Below, piece after piece: positions 52,487-64,000 of a DNA stretch of 64,000 nt. Origin of the DNA: Octopus sinensis (Eukaryota); assembly GCF_006345805.1 (NCBI RefSeq), contig NC_043001.1, forward strand, positions 49,290,001 through 49,354,000, given 5' to 3'. Position numbers and translations under genes: made by a program. The notes under the pieces are model-generated. The model ran no database searches. It was given only the letters and a program-made list of their open reading frames with translations, and was not told where the DNA came from. The number at the start of each line of letters is the position of its first letter. The stretch's first letter is position 1.

Positions 52487-52713
52487 GCTCATATGGCGTA
52501 GTGGTTAAGAGCGCGAGCTACTAACCCCGAGTTTCCGAGTTTGATTCCGGGCAGTAACCTGGATAATAATAATAATAATAATAACATCGAAAAATACCTT
52601 AGGAATGAGAACCCAGGTTCGAAATTTCCCCAAGACACCTGATGAAGGCTGGAGGGTATATCAGCCGAGCAACAAGCGAGATGAGGACAAATATCCGTCT
52701 AATGTAAATAATG
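52487..52713 (+). promoter_or_regulatory. tRNA-like Pol III head followed by a disabled hammerhead at the PLE 3' end
   Basis: A box TGGCGTAGTGG (52494-52504), B-box-like GAGTTTGATTCC, (AAT)n, then CUGAUGA (52639-52645)-A-GGCUG..CAGCC-GA lacking GAAA/stem III. Confidence 0.65.
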
Positions 52714-53444
52714 TTATTTTTGTAAGTGCTTTGTTCAAAATTCTCACTTGTTGAGTCTCTTTCGTAATTCTCTATCAATTAAAATAGATATGTTTGCACC
52801 CACGCACACACACATGCACTCACATATATAATGATACTCTTCAAGAACACATGATTTCAAATATTGACACAGTGCGTACTTAGTTATAGAAAAGTAGGTT
52901 AATCAGTCGATCCACCGTCAGTCTATCTTCGACTCTTATTTCATTGGCACCTGACGAGTGAAAGATCAAATCAGCTCCGGCAAAATTTGTACTCTGAGAG
53001 CGAAGAGAAATCATTAGCTATTTGCAGACATTCTTGCTCGAGGCTTATATTACCATTCGCCGTTCTTTTCTCTCCATAATATTCATACTCCTAACTGATT
53101 GATGGATCTATTTCGGTTACCATATGAAAAAAAATTTATGGCTAACAAAACTAATAGAAAACCAATTTTCTTACTTTTCTTTTAACACACTAACAGACGA
53201 CTAGTTTTGACTTAAAACTAGTGTTCTGGTCGCTAATCAGAGCACTAATTCTCCTCGAGATGTCTGAAGCAACTTTTCCAAGACCATTATTATTTCAAAG
53301 AATTCGTGGTTAATAAGTGGAGACAGGTACAAAAAAAAAGAGGTGAATATAACAATTGTGTTGAACAGCTATCAATAAAGCTGTCCTATCTAAAATAAAT
53401 TAGAGAAACCTAGCAACAGTTTGGCGATGCTTCGTTTTCACACG

Positions 53445-53880
53445 GTGAGCTGGGAGAATCATTAGTGCTTAGCGGTATTTCGTCCGTCTTTACGTTCTGA
53501 GTTCAAATTTCGCCGTGGTAGATTTTGCCTTTCATCCTTTCGTTCTCAATGAAATAAATACCAGCTGAGTATTGGGATCGACGTAATCGACACCCCCACC
53601 CCCGCCTCGAAAGTGCTAACCTTGTGCCAAAATGTGAAACTAATATTATTGCAAACACATAAGGCGGCGATCTGGCCGAATCGCTAGCACGTCAGCTGAA
53701 ATGCTTAGCGGCATTTCGTCCGTTTTTACGTACTGAGTTCAAATTCTGCTAAGGTCGACTTTGCCTTTCATTTCATCTTTTCTTATCGACAAAATAAATA
53801 CTAGTTGTTGACTGGGTCAATGTAATCGACTTACCCATATCTTGAGATTGCTGGCCTTGTGCCAAAAATTGAAATCAATA
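53445..53880 (+). mobile_element. Two tandem SINE B copies
   Basis: Two heads/bodies, each ending CTTGTGCCAAAA..TGAAA. Confidence 0.8.
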
Positions 53881-54542
53881 TCAAGTAGTCCAATAATCAA
53901 AACTTCTATTTTATTATACAAACGCTTCAGTCAGTTTACAGTCATCAAAAATCTAGCTAGTCGCACATTTCGTTTATAAAATGAACAGATACAGTTTCTT
54001 TTCAAAATATTCTACAGGAAACTAAAGCAACTAACCAATGTTTATCAGGAATGTATATTCTATCTTCTATCTTTTACTTGTCTCAATCATTAGACTGTGA
54101 CCACGCTTCGGTACAGGGAAGTTACATTAATAACGCAACCTAACATAAAAATAAAGGCATAGATTCTCCACAGATGAGTCACTCCCTGAATGCTAACCGA
54201 AGGTAAAAGCTAAAGGTTCATACCCGGCTATAATGACACCCTTGAACACAGCATTTCTGTTTCATATGAAGTAATAACAAATAATGGTGCAAGCGTGGTT
54301 GTGTGGTAAGAAGCTTGTTTCTCAACCACATAGCTCCGGGTTCAGTCCCACTGCGTGGTAACTTGGGCAAGCGTCTTCTTCTATGGCCTCGAGCTGACAA
54401 AAGCCTTGTGAGTGGATTTGATAGACGGGAACAGAAGCTCGTCGTATATATATATATATAATAAATATTAGGGAATAAATCCAAACTTACAGGGAAAAAT
54501 CAGATTTAGGATTGAATCCAATTTTATAGTAAAATATTATGT

Positions 54543-54999
54543 TATATTAAATTAGAGACAAAACCACTATTAGGCAAATCATACAATGAAAAACTTAAGC
54601 CAATACATAAGATTATTTAATTTATATTATTTAAATATATAACAAAATTATTTAAAAAATATAATTAATATATCACTACGATCGTTTCATGGCTGTTAAT
54701 TTCTTTCAATTTTCGAGTTACAGTCATTCATAGGTGGTTTAAATATTTATCTTGGCGAGGTTTAAACAATAAACTGTTTAAACCTCGCCAAGATAAATAT
54801 TTAAACCACCTGATGAATGACTGTAACTCGAAAATTGAAAGAAATTAACAGCCATGAAACGATCGTAGTGATATATTAATTATATTTTTTAAATAATTTT
54901 GTTATATATTTAAATAATATAAATTAAATATCTTATGTATTGGCTTAAGTTTTCATTGTATGATTTGCCTAATAGTGGTTTTGTCTCTAATTTAATATA
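54543..54999. repeat. Near-perfect ~457-bp palindrome
   Basis: Arms match base by base around the loop ATAAAC at 54769-54774, with a few 1-nt indels. Confidence 0.95.
54807..54870 (+). ncRNA. Hammerhead ribozyme in the right arm
   Basis: CAC-CUGAUGA-AUGACUGU...ACAGCCAU-GAAA-CGAUCG-UA^GUG. Confidence 0.75.
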
Positions 55000-55029
55000 G
55001 TATATATATATATATATATATATATATTG

Positions 55030-55066
<37 letters not shown>

Positions 55067-55077
55067 TATATACATAT

Positions 55078-55108
<31 letters not shown>

Positions 55109-55154
55109 TATTATAATATATTATATATATTATATTATATTATGTATATATATG

Positions 55155-55188
<34 letters not shown>

Positions 55189-56399
55189 TGTATGTATGTA
55201 TGTATGTATGTATATGTTTGCGTGTCTGTGTTTCTTCCCTCGCCATCGCTTGACAACCGATGTTGGTGTGTTTAACTCCTCGTAACTTAGCGGTTCGGCA
55301 AAACAGACTGGTAGAATAAGTACTAGGCTTACAAAGAATAAGTCCTGGGGTCGATTTGTTCGACTAAGTCGGTGCTCCAAATGACTGAAACAAGTAAAAG
55401 AATAATGTAATTCGATTCAGTGTATTCAGGTACTATGATTTGCATCAGCGAGTAAAATATGCCATAAAATTTCAAGATTTCAAGAGAAAGGAAAACTAAT
55501 AAAACTTAATTAATTTCACGGTGTAAGGAAGAAACAGAGGAAACTCAACGTTTCGAACAGTGGTACTTCGTCAAGAAAAACCAATTAAAAGAAAAGGTGA
55601 AAATACTTTGCGGAAGCATTATTGTGGTATTGTAGCATAAATCGTATGGCGAATGAATGAATGGTTGATGGAAGTGAATAGAACAGATTAATGTTTTTCT
55701 TTTTCAGTCAAAGGAAGTCTTATCGGCCAAGGGATATAATAAACGATTGACTGAAGTTGTGAGTGTTTTATAGAACTAGAGGTGAGAAACTATAAAAATG
55801 CTGCTCAGTAGAAGAGAAATTGCGGACGCTTCAAAATCGAAAGGTTAACAAATTAAGTTAACAAGCACTATCTTTTTTCACACTTAGGCGGTTTGTTGGG
55901 AGTACATGTGTCTGAGAAATACTCAATCACATACGCGCTAATTCAATATGTAGATGATTCAGTAAATCAAACCAATTGAATTCATATTGAAGAAACTGAC
56001 GGAAACCTATTTTTAGTTTGAAGAGAAAGTTTTCAAGGGAGATAATGTGTGAGAACTCTGAGATATATGTGTAAAGTGCTGCTCTGCGTTTTTTACTATG
56101 AATATATTCTTTACGCATGCGTGAGTAGGTAAGAAAGCGTGTGTACCTGTGCAAGAGGAGGTAGAGTGTGAATATGAATGCGTGAAGTAGTATGTATGTA
56201 TCTGTGTTTTATGCGCGCGCGTGTGTGTACGGGTACGAGGGTGTTGTAGTGTATCCGTTATGAATGGAACAAGGCAGCGCATGTGTTTGTGGTGAGTTTG
56301 CTGGGTGAAATAAACCAGAGAGCGTTTATCAGTGTGCCTGAGGAGGCTTTGTTACTAAAGGAAAACATGACTAGTGTTCTTTCTAGTAATCTGAAACGT

Positions 56400-56641
56400 A
56401 TACTTTCTTTACTCTTATACTTGTTTCAGTCATTTGACTGTGGTCATGCTGGGGACTGCCCTTAGTCGAGCAAATCGACCCCAGGACTTATTCTTTGTAA
56501 GCCTAGTACTTATTTACTATCTTCTCTTTTCGCCGAACCGCTAAGTTACGGGGACGTAAACACCCAGCATCGGAATGTCCAGCGATGTTGGGTGCACAAA
56601 CACAGACACACAAACAACACACACACACTTACATATATATA

Positions 56642-56697
<56 letters not shown>

Positions 56698-56830
56698 CGA
56701 CAGGCTTCTTTCAGTTTCCATCTACCAAATCCACTCACACGGCTTTGGTCGGCCCGAGGCTATAGCAGAAGACACCTGCCCAAGGTGCCACGCAGTGGGA
56801 CTGAACCCGGAACCATGTGGCTGGTAAGCA
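56400..56830 (-). mobile_element. SINE family A, full length
   Basis: Complete structure. Confidence 0.9.
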
Positions 56831-57138
56831 AGCTACTTACCACACAGCCAGTTGACGAATAACAAGTTTCGTTCCTTGTGCAACTGGGTGACGGTTGATC
56901 TATGGCACAAAATGACATTTTACAGGAAGCGATATAGGTGGTTATGGCCAGGAGAATTAAAATGTCGGGGTACGGTTCGAGTTGATGCCACGTACGACTT
57001 CAAAATAAAGCCAATTATCTGTGTGTGCGTGTGCGCGCGGGTGTATATGCGTGTGTGTGTGTGTGTAAATATATATGTATATATGTATGTCATTGTTCAG
57101 TTTATTTCATGATTTCTTGCCTATGTATGAATGTATAC

Positions 57139-57181
<43 letters not shown>

Positions 57182-57323
57182 GTGAAGTGGAGGAAGAGTA
57201 AGGGATAGAGGAAATGAGAGACTTCCGTGATTTACCAATGGGTGTTTTAGAAGGGCCATGGACCTCATCTTTCAGGACGGATGTGTGTGTGCGTGTGTTT
57301 GTGCGCGCGCGCGTGTGTGTGTA

Positions 57324-57376
<53 letters not shown>

Positions 57377-57859
57377 GATGTATGTATATACAAGCTTACG
57401 AAGACATACATTTACACTCACAATGTGCACCTGTTCGGTAAGCGAGCTTTGTGTCCAGGTGTACATTGACGTTGCATAAGTATTGACATCGAGTCTTTAA
57501 AGAAAACAACTATTGTATATAGATACAGAAACAGATATTGAATGGAAACAATGTATATTAGTCTTGTATACTATTGAATCAGTATATATTGACTAATATT
57601 ATATCGACCCGACAGAGCAATGCTTCCTAAAGTTATTCTACTTGCGACTCATTTTATGGCAAATAAATATACTTTGGCGCACTTTGTGCATAAAAAAACA
57701 ATATGTATTTATAAAAGGCACTTGTATACTTTAGTCAATAAATAGTTGAGTACAAATAGTCGTCACTCGCGAGCGAGGGGCCTCTCAAACTTGGTCCAGT
57801 GTAATATCAAGTATGTAACAGCTGGAAAAGAAGGAAGGCCTACCCCAACGACAGGCCGG

Positions 57860-58298
57860 GGATCTTTTCGGTTTGAACGGCAGTTTTTAACATAATTTCT
57901 AGGTAACTAAAAAATTTTAAACTTCGTATACTGGTTGAATGTGTTTATAAAATATCTTTTTCTCTTGGCTTTATTGAGAAAATTCTATAGTTTTTTCTTC
58001 AATTTCTGCAATTTCAACCAATCAAATACGTCTATTGAGGTAAAAAAAAACATTTTGTGCCGTATGAATATGTCCCTCGTTTAAGAAACATGTTGGGTTT
58101 ATTTACATTTGTGAAGAAAAAAAAGATACCCTTCCCCCCACCCCTAACCCTAACCCTAACCCTAACCCAAACTAACCCTAACTAACCCTAACCCTAAAAC
58201 AGATTGAAATGCAATGGATCGATACCAGAGTCATAATTATGGATGACAATTTCATATGACACCGCTAGAAAAAACTGCCGTTCAAACCGAAAAGATCC
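57860..58298. mobile_element. GGATC-ended MITE with 8-bp TSD (copy 2), internal telomere-like array
   Basis: TSD CAGGCCGG at 57852-57859 and 58299-58306; imperfect (CCCTAA)n at ~58142-58197. Confidence 0.92.
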
Positions 58299-58569
58299 CA
58301 GGCCGGTACTCGTTATAGCTGAGGAGATAGATGTAACGGTAAATGAAGTACCTTGCTCTAGAACACAGCATGCAGGCCCGTTTCAGATTTGAATATACGA
58401 TCATGAGCAGGATACTCTAACTACAAGGTCACGTGTTCTCACAGTCAATAAAAAATTATTTTGAAGAACGGCTATGTAGTTAGGAAGGTCGCTTAGCAAC
58501 AATGTGGTTCCTAGTTCGGTAGCACTGCGTAGCATCTTGGACAAATAGCCCCGAGCCGACCTGTAGTGA

Positions 58570-58960
58570 TCCTATATAACGGTGCGCGCTCGCGCACCGT
58601 CCTTTTCTGTTTCGCGCGTGCGGGGTTGGTGCTTTCACCACCGGAAGAAGGAATTTGCCTACGTGGCAGTTTAGCGGCGAGGCAAGGGAGCGTAAGACGT
58701 TGACCACCAGCGTCCAGTAGTCAGTGACTTGAGACACAGCTATCGAAGGCACTAGACGTGTAGTTCTCTCTCTCCGGATTTGATAGCAGCAGCCTTTTAG
58801 CCGAAGGCTCTCAACCTGGGATTTGTTGCCGACCACATCATCTTCTCTCTCCGGACGCCATTTTGACCAGTGTCGTTTGCATTTGAACACTGTAAATTCT
58901 ACAGCGATAAAGTTCAGCTCTGACACATCCATACCAAAGGGATACCAGATACACCACTTA
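58570..58960 (-). mobile_element. Possible Tx1-like LINE 3' fragment nested in a decayed SINE A
   Basis: QIRRERTTRLVPS..DYW weakly resembles the Tx1 C-terminus; SINE halves at ~58470-58560 and ~59130-59190. Confidence 0.35.
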
Positions 58961-59706
58961 TTTCTCACCGTTATAAGACAATAAAGTATATCTATTTTTT
59001 ACGTTTGCGTCCTGTTGTTTCTGACTGGTAGAATCTGGATTATTAAAGCAACGGAAAGTGATTGCACCAACTGCACCCGAAAAGTGCAGAGAAGATATTC
59101 ACCCCCGTTACACTATACTTTTGAGTGACTATGGTGTACGAAAACGGCGTTGAAGCCCGTCGTTGTGTGTGTGTGTGTGTGTGTGTGTGTTCGTGCGTGC
59201 GGGGCCTCCGTTATCCACTGTATCATGATTCTGCACATATAGTTGCTGGCCTGAGCAAGACTTTTTTGAGGAAGACTGGCTGCTACCTATGCTTGCAAGT
59301 CTTCCATTCCTACAGTACTACTGTCTATTCAAGAGACAGGCCGCTGATTTGTATCGATACAGCATGGCATCAGTGTTGTCACAGACGTTGTTCTCTAAAT
59401 GCAAAAGGCCAGAAAGATACCATGCCACAAGGCAATTTGCCCGACTTTCTAACTTCCCCACCAAACTGCCGCTTTGGATGAGTACGTTTTTTGTCAACAA
59501 CAAAATGATGAAAAGCGAAGTCGTGCCAGGTATTTTTGTTGTTATTTCCGATTCCTGGCGTGCAAAGCATGACTAGTTAAGTGAAAAATGATGTAACGGT
59601 TGTTGATCCATAGACAGTTCGGGCGATTTAAACTACCGTTACTCTGAATCTTATTAACAATATAGATATACATGACTTTCTGCTGATCTGTTGGTAGTAG
59701 ATCTAC

Positions 59707-59807
59707 NNNNNNNNNNNNNNNNNNNNNNNNNNNNNNNNNNNNNNNNNNNNNNNNNNNNNNNNNNNNNNNNNNNNNNNNNNNNNNNNNNNNNNNNNNNNNN
59801 NNNNNNA
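59707..59807. other. Assembly gap (N run)
   Basis: ~100 N. Confidence 1.
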
Positions 59808-61239
59808 GAGCATCTCTGAGGTCGGTTGACCTGTTAGAAATAGTAGCCAAATGTGTCACTGAAAGAGAAGGGATGATCCTGCTTGGAACGTCTGTGATCA
59901 TAGGTCCGTTCGATGATGGTTAACATCGGGAGTAAACAATAACAAAAACAACAGCAGCAGCAGCAGCTGCAGCAACAACAACAATGACAACAACATCAAC
60001 GAGGTGGTAGTGGTGGTGGTGGTGGAGAGCTTCTGTGAGACCATTCGACCTGGTAGAAATAGGAGCCAAATATCTCACTGAAAGGGACGGGATGATCACG
60101 CATGGAACGTCTGTGATCATAGGTCTGCTCGATGATGGCTGACATCAGGGTTAAATAATAACTAAAACAGCAGCAGCAGTAACAACAACAACAACAACAG
60201 CAGCAGCAGCAACAGTAGCAACATCGTGTACAACGATATGTAAACAACGAGAACAACAACAATAATGACAACAGTGACAGCACCATCCTCAAAGACAGCA
60301 GCATAGCTCGAGTACAACAACAGCAACAACGAACAAACAAACAACACCAGCGTCACCAATAACACCATCATAACCACCACCACAACCACCACAGTAGTAG
60401 TACTAACAAGAAGAAATATAAATCCACAGCCGTCACTAGCAAACGAGTCGAGTGTAGCATGCTTTCGCTAATTAAAGTGGCCCCTATACTGGCAAACAGA
60501 TATGGTCATCGTCTCGGCACCTCCCAACTTTCCACTCAGCGAATTATCCGAGGTGTAGCACCTGGAAGAAGAGAAGGTCATTCCAGCATCTGGTTAGCAT
60601 TAATTTCAGACAATCAGACTGGATCAACATGCAACGAAGCGCTTTGCTCAAAGTGGAAAAAAAAAAAATAATAAACTGCCGAAGACAGGAATCGAAATCA
60701 TGGTCTCATGATAGTGAGTCGAATGCCCCTAACCACTAGGCCACGTGGTTTCACGAATGCCAACAAGAATAGCACCGCCAATCAGGTTTCCCTCTATGTA
60801 GTTATTCAACGCTCTGGAAATAGTAGCTACATCTCACTCTATTTAAACATCGTACTATCTTAAAACGGGACCTACATATTGGCTAATATAGTCCTAGATG
60901 CACTGTAACAAAATGAAACGTGATGGTCATGGCTAGAACTTTTCTTTTATCATAAGATCTCTTTGACCAGAGTTAACATGGAATTAACTAACCAACATCA
61001 CTATTTCGTTTCTGTGAGGAGACCCTCCTCGCAGTCACTGACTGTGGAAATAAAAATAGCAGCCTAGACTCCCTCAAATCACACTTTACTGTCTTAAAAT
61101 AAAGGAAGAACAGAGGGATACAACGACAGCGAAAAAAAAATATCGATGGGATGATCAGGACTGGAGTGTCTTATATCATAAGTTCCTTTGCTTAGGATGA
61201 CTTGAGGTTAAACAATGACAAGACCTACTTCTACTACTA

Positions 61240-61275
<36 letters not shown>

Positions 61276-62140
61276 AGATACCGTGTACGAGGCCTACCCT
61301 CGTCAATGTGGCCGTTCGATCTGCGAGAAATAGCAGTCAAATCTCTCTGAAGTTATATTCTACCATCTTAAGAAGTCGCGTTATTTAACGTAGCTCGGAG
61401 TACGCTATTCCAGAAATAAATGAGTCACGACGGTCGCTGTTGGAAGGCCATAATCTAGCGGTCCTCAGGGTCGGCATAGGGTTAAACAACATAACCGATG
61501 GCAACAATAACAACAACAACAACAAAAGACACTGCAATTGGATAATAATCATAGATACACTATGTCGGCATAAAAGTTGTGATGGTCACGGATGGAATGA
61601 TTTTGATCATAAGTTGCTGGTTCAGCTTTGAACCGGGATTGATTGAACAAGAACAAGAACGACAACATTATTGCAACTGGATTATGCAGTTCATATATAC
61701 ATTGTGTGAAAGTGCTTGGCATTATGTCTTGGGCAAACGATTGCAAGGTCACGAGTTCAATTCCCGGCGACGCATTCTGTCGTTGAGCAAAACACTTCAT
61801 TTCACGTTGCTCAGGTCGACATAGCTGACAAAAATTAGAAGTACCTATATTTCAAAGGGCCAGCCTTATCACATACTGTATCACGCTGAATCTCCCTGAG
61901 AACTAACTACTTTAAGGGTACGTGTGTCTGTGGAGTGCTCATCCATTTGCACGTTAATTTCACGAGCAAGGTCTCCCATTGATCGGATCAGCTGGAACCC
62001 TCGTCGTCGTAACCGACGGAGTACCAGTTATATACATTGTGTCGGAATATAAAATATGGTATGGTCACGGCTAGAATGTCTCCAGTCATAGGTCTACTTG
62101 GTTCAAGGTTGACCTGAAGGACTGAACAACTGCGGCAAGA
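59808..62140 (+). repeat. Same-strand cluster of ~7 diverged 140-220-bp units separated by (AAC)/(TAC) microsatellites
   Basis: Recurrent GAAATAG(C/T)AGC and ATGGTCA.GG..GGAA....TGATCATAGG motifs. Confidence 0.7.
61702..62030 (+). mobile_element. SINE family D
   Basis: Reverse-complement homologue of 24600-24928. Confidence 0.8.
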
Positions 62141-62254
62141 ATTCCACCTCACCTCAACTTTCAAAATAACTGCCGACTCCGTAGCAAGTACCACCTTCTT
62201 TTTACCACCACAGCAACCACCACAACAGGAACAAATCTTTTGTTATTCCTTTAT

Positions 62255-62670
62255 GTCTTGTTGCATTCATTGGACTACGGACATGCTGGGGGCATCCACT
62301 TGAACGGTTTTTATCGAACAAATTAACCTCAGTTTTGTTTTGTTTTTTATTTCTTTTAAAATAGTCTTGTACTTACTCTGTCGGTCATTGTTGCTGGACC
62401 GCCAATGTACGGGAACGTAAACAAACCAACACTGGTTGTAAAGCGGTAACGGGATGTGACAAACACAGACATAGACACACACATACAGACACAAAGATAT
62501 AGGCACGCGCGCACACGCACACACACACGGCGGGCGTCCACAGCTTCTGTCGACAAAATCCACTCACAAAAACATTGGGTGACCGGTGTTATAATAGAAG
62601 ACACCCGGGGTGCTGCGCAGAGTTAATGAACCCGGAACCACGCGGTTGCAAAGCGAGCGTCTGAATCAAA
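62255..62670 (-). mobile_element. SINE family A, old/degenerate
   Basis: Recognisable tail, microsatellite and head. Confidence 0.65.
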
Positions 62671-63098
62671 CAGTGATGTCTTCGCCTATTTTTAATAAGG
62701 TGAGATACAGTGAGTAAAGGTGTAAAATTTTAATCTCCTGAACAATTCTAATCTATTTGCAATTAGTAAGCAAAAACTTGTTATTTAAAATCTAAAGGAG
62801 TCAAATAAAAGATAAATCCATTAAAATGAATCGATCTATATTTTCGCAAAAAAAAAAAAAATACAGATGAGACATGGTGATGAGACATGGGTTTATGGTC
62901 TCTGCTCATATGTTCGGTCATCTTGTTTGAAGCGAAAATCCGACGAACGCGTACTACACGTCTGCACTCTAGGCATAACAGTCGAGAAATTATGCGGTCT
63001 ACCGGAGTGAAAATTTCAAGCGTGCGCAGGAAGGTTGGCGTGAACTCTCATCCATAAGACTTTGTCGACGCAATACCTTCTGAACATACATATATACG

Positions 63099-63134
<36 letters not shown>

Positions 63135-63149
63135 ATATATGCAGTTGCA

Positions 63150-63298
63150 GCGTGGAAGGTGTTTGTAAGCCATTTAAGAATCACACAAAAGCCGTTCGAT
63201 TCACTTCAACATTTAAGTTTAATTTGTCAAAATATTATAGTCGCTAAAACCGCGACCTGTTCACTGAAAAAATCCGTGCTTACAAACACCTTCCACGC
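63150..63298. mobile_element. Small inverted-repeat element in (TA)n
   Basis: GCGTGGAAGGTGTTTGTAAGC / GCTTACAAACACCTTCCACGC. Confidence 0.75.
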
Positions 63299-63376
63299 TA
63301 CAATTGTTTTCGTTCCAGCACGCGATCTCAGATCAAATAAATTGCTATGCGAGTACATCTCCATATATATATATAA

Positions 63377-63446
<70 letters not shown>

Positions 63447-63447
63447 T

Positions 63448-63763
63448 AAAGGAAATGAAGAAAATGCTGACAAAATAATTTAAGTATTTAAGTAATTTAA
63501 TTAGGTGAAAGTCTTTTTACCGTTGCGAGCTTGTTATGTTATCAAAAATATATTTTTTCAAGAGAGATTAGAGTTCCTTTCTGATAGATTTTTTCCTCTT
63601 ATCTGGAAAAAGAGGAAAAAATCTATCAGAAAGGAACTCTAATCTCTCTTTAAAAAATATATTTGATAAGCATAACAAATGCGCAACCGGTAAAAAGAAC
63701 TTTCACCTAATTAAATACTTAAATTACTTAACTTATTTTGTCAGCATTTTCTTCATTTCCTTT
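63448..63763. repeat. ~316-bp fold-back palindrome in (TA)n
   Basis: Arms complementary around a loop at ~63601-63609. Confidence 0.9.
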
Positions 63764-63878
63764 TTTATATATATAACTCGTGTTCACATCTCCTTTTTTA
63801 ATATATATATAATAATACATATATATATATACATCCATATATATAGTATATATATATATTATATATATATATATAATC

Positions 63879-63910
<32 letters not shown>

Positions 63911-64000
63911 ATACGTATATATATGTATATATATACATATATATATATTTATTATCTATCTATCTATATCTATATATATATATATATACATATATATATA

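Larger units (their letters stand above)
54287..55400 (+). mobile_element. SINE A split by an HHR fold-back
   Basis: Head 54287-54445, insert in (TA)n, tail 55215-55400. Confidence 0.8.

Noticed and set aside
53260-53326. Possible 67-nt exon (CLKQLFQDHYYFKEFVVNKWRQ)
   Set aside because: The acceptor is GAG with a poor pyrimidine tract; too short to judge.
59230-59580. Possible piggyBac C-terminal fragment ending near TTAA
   Set aside because: Only vague motif resemblance and no CCC/GGG TIR.
59808-62140. CRISPR-like repeat-spacer array
   Set aside because: Eukaryotic context; repeats are long and highly diverged, and the spacers are microsatellites.

Overview
Eukaryotic, AT-rich, extremely repeat-dense DNA. 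The tRNA-derived SINE families, huge microsatellite load and TE mix look like an octopus (coleoid cephalopod) genome; this is an inference. No intact gene is visible. The best host-coding evidence is one in-frame 207-nt exon candidate (34510-34716, +), so the window may be mostly intronic. The rest is a mosaic of four SINE families, decayed LINEs (Tx1/L1, RTE, CR1, R4/Dong), Penelope-like elements (PLEs), mariner/maT and hAT DNA transposons, GGATC-ended TIR elements, Helitrons and a ~100-N gap. The most striking signal is a high density of type I minimal hammerhead ribozyme (HHR) motifs: about 6 with canonical cores and about 7 mutated. They belong to several unrelated sequence families, often sit in long fold-back palindromes, and repeatedly land inside the central (TA)n tract of one SINE family. 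One HHR lies just downstream of a tRNA-like Pol III promoter at a Penelope 3' end. Coordinates were counted by hand; decayed-repeat boundaries are approximate.
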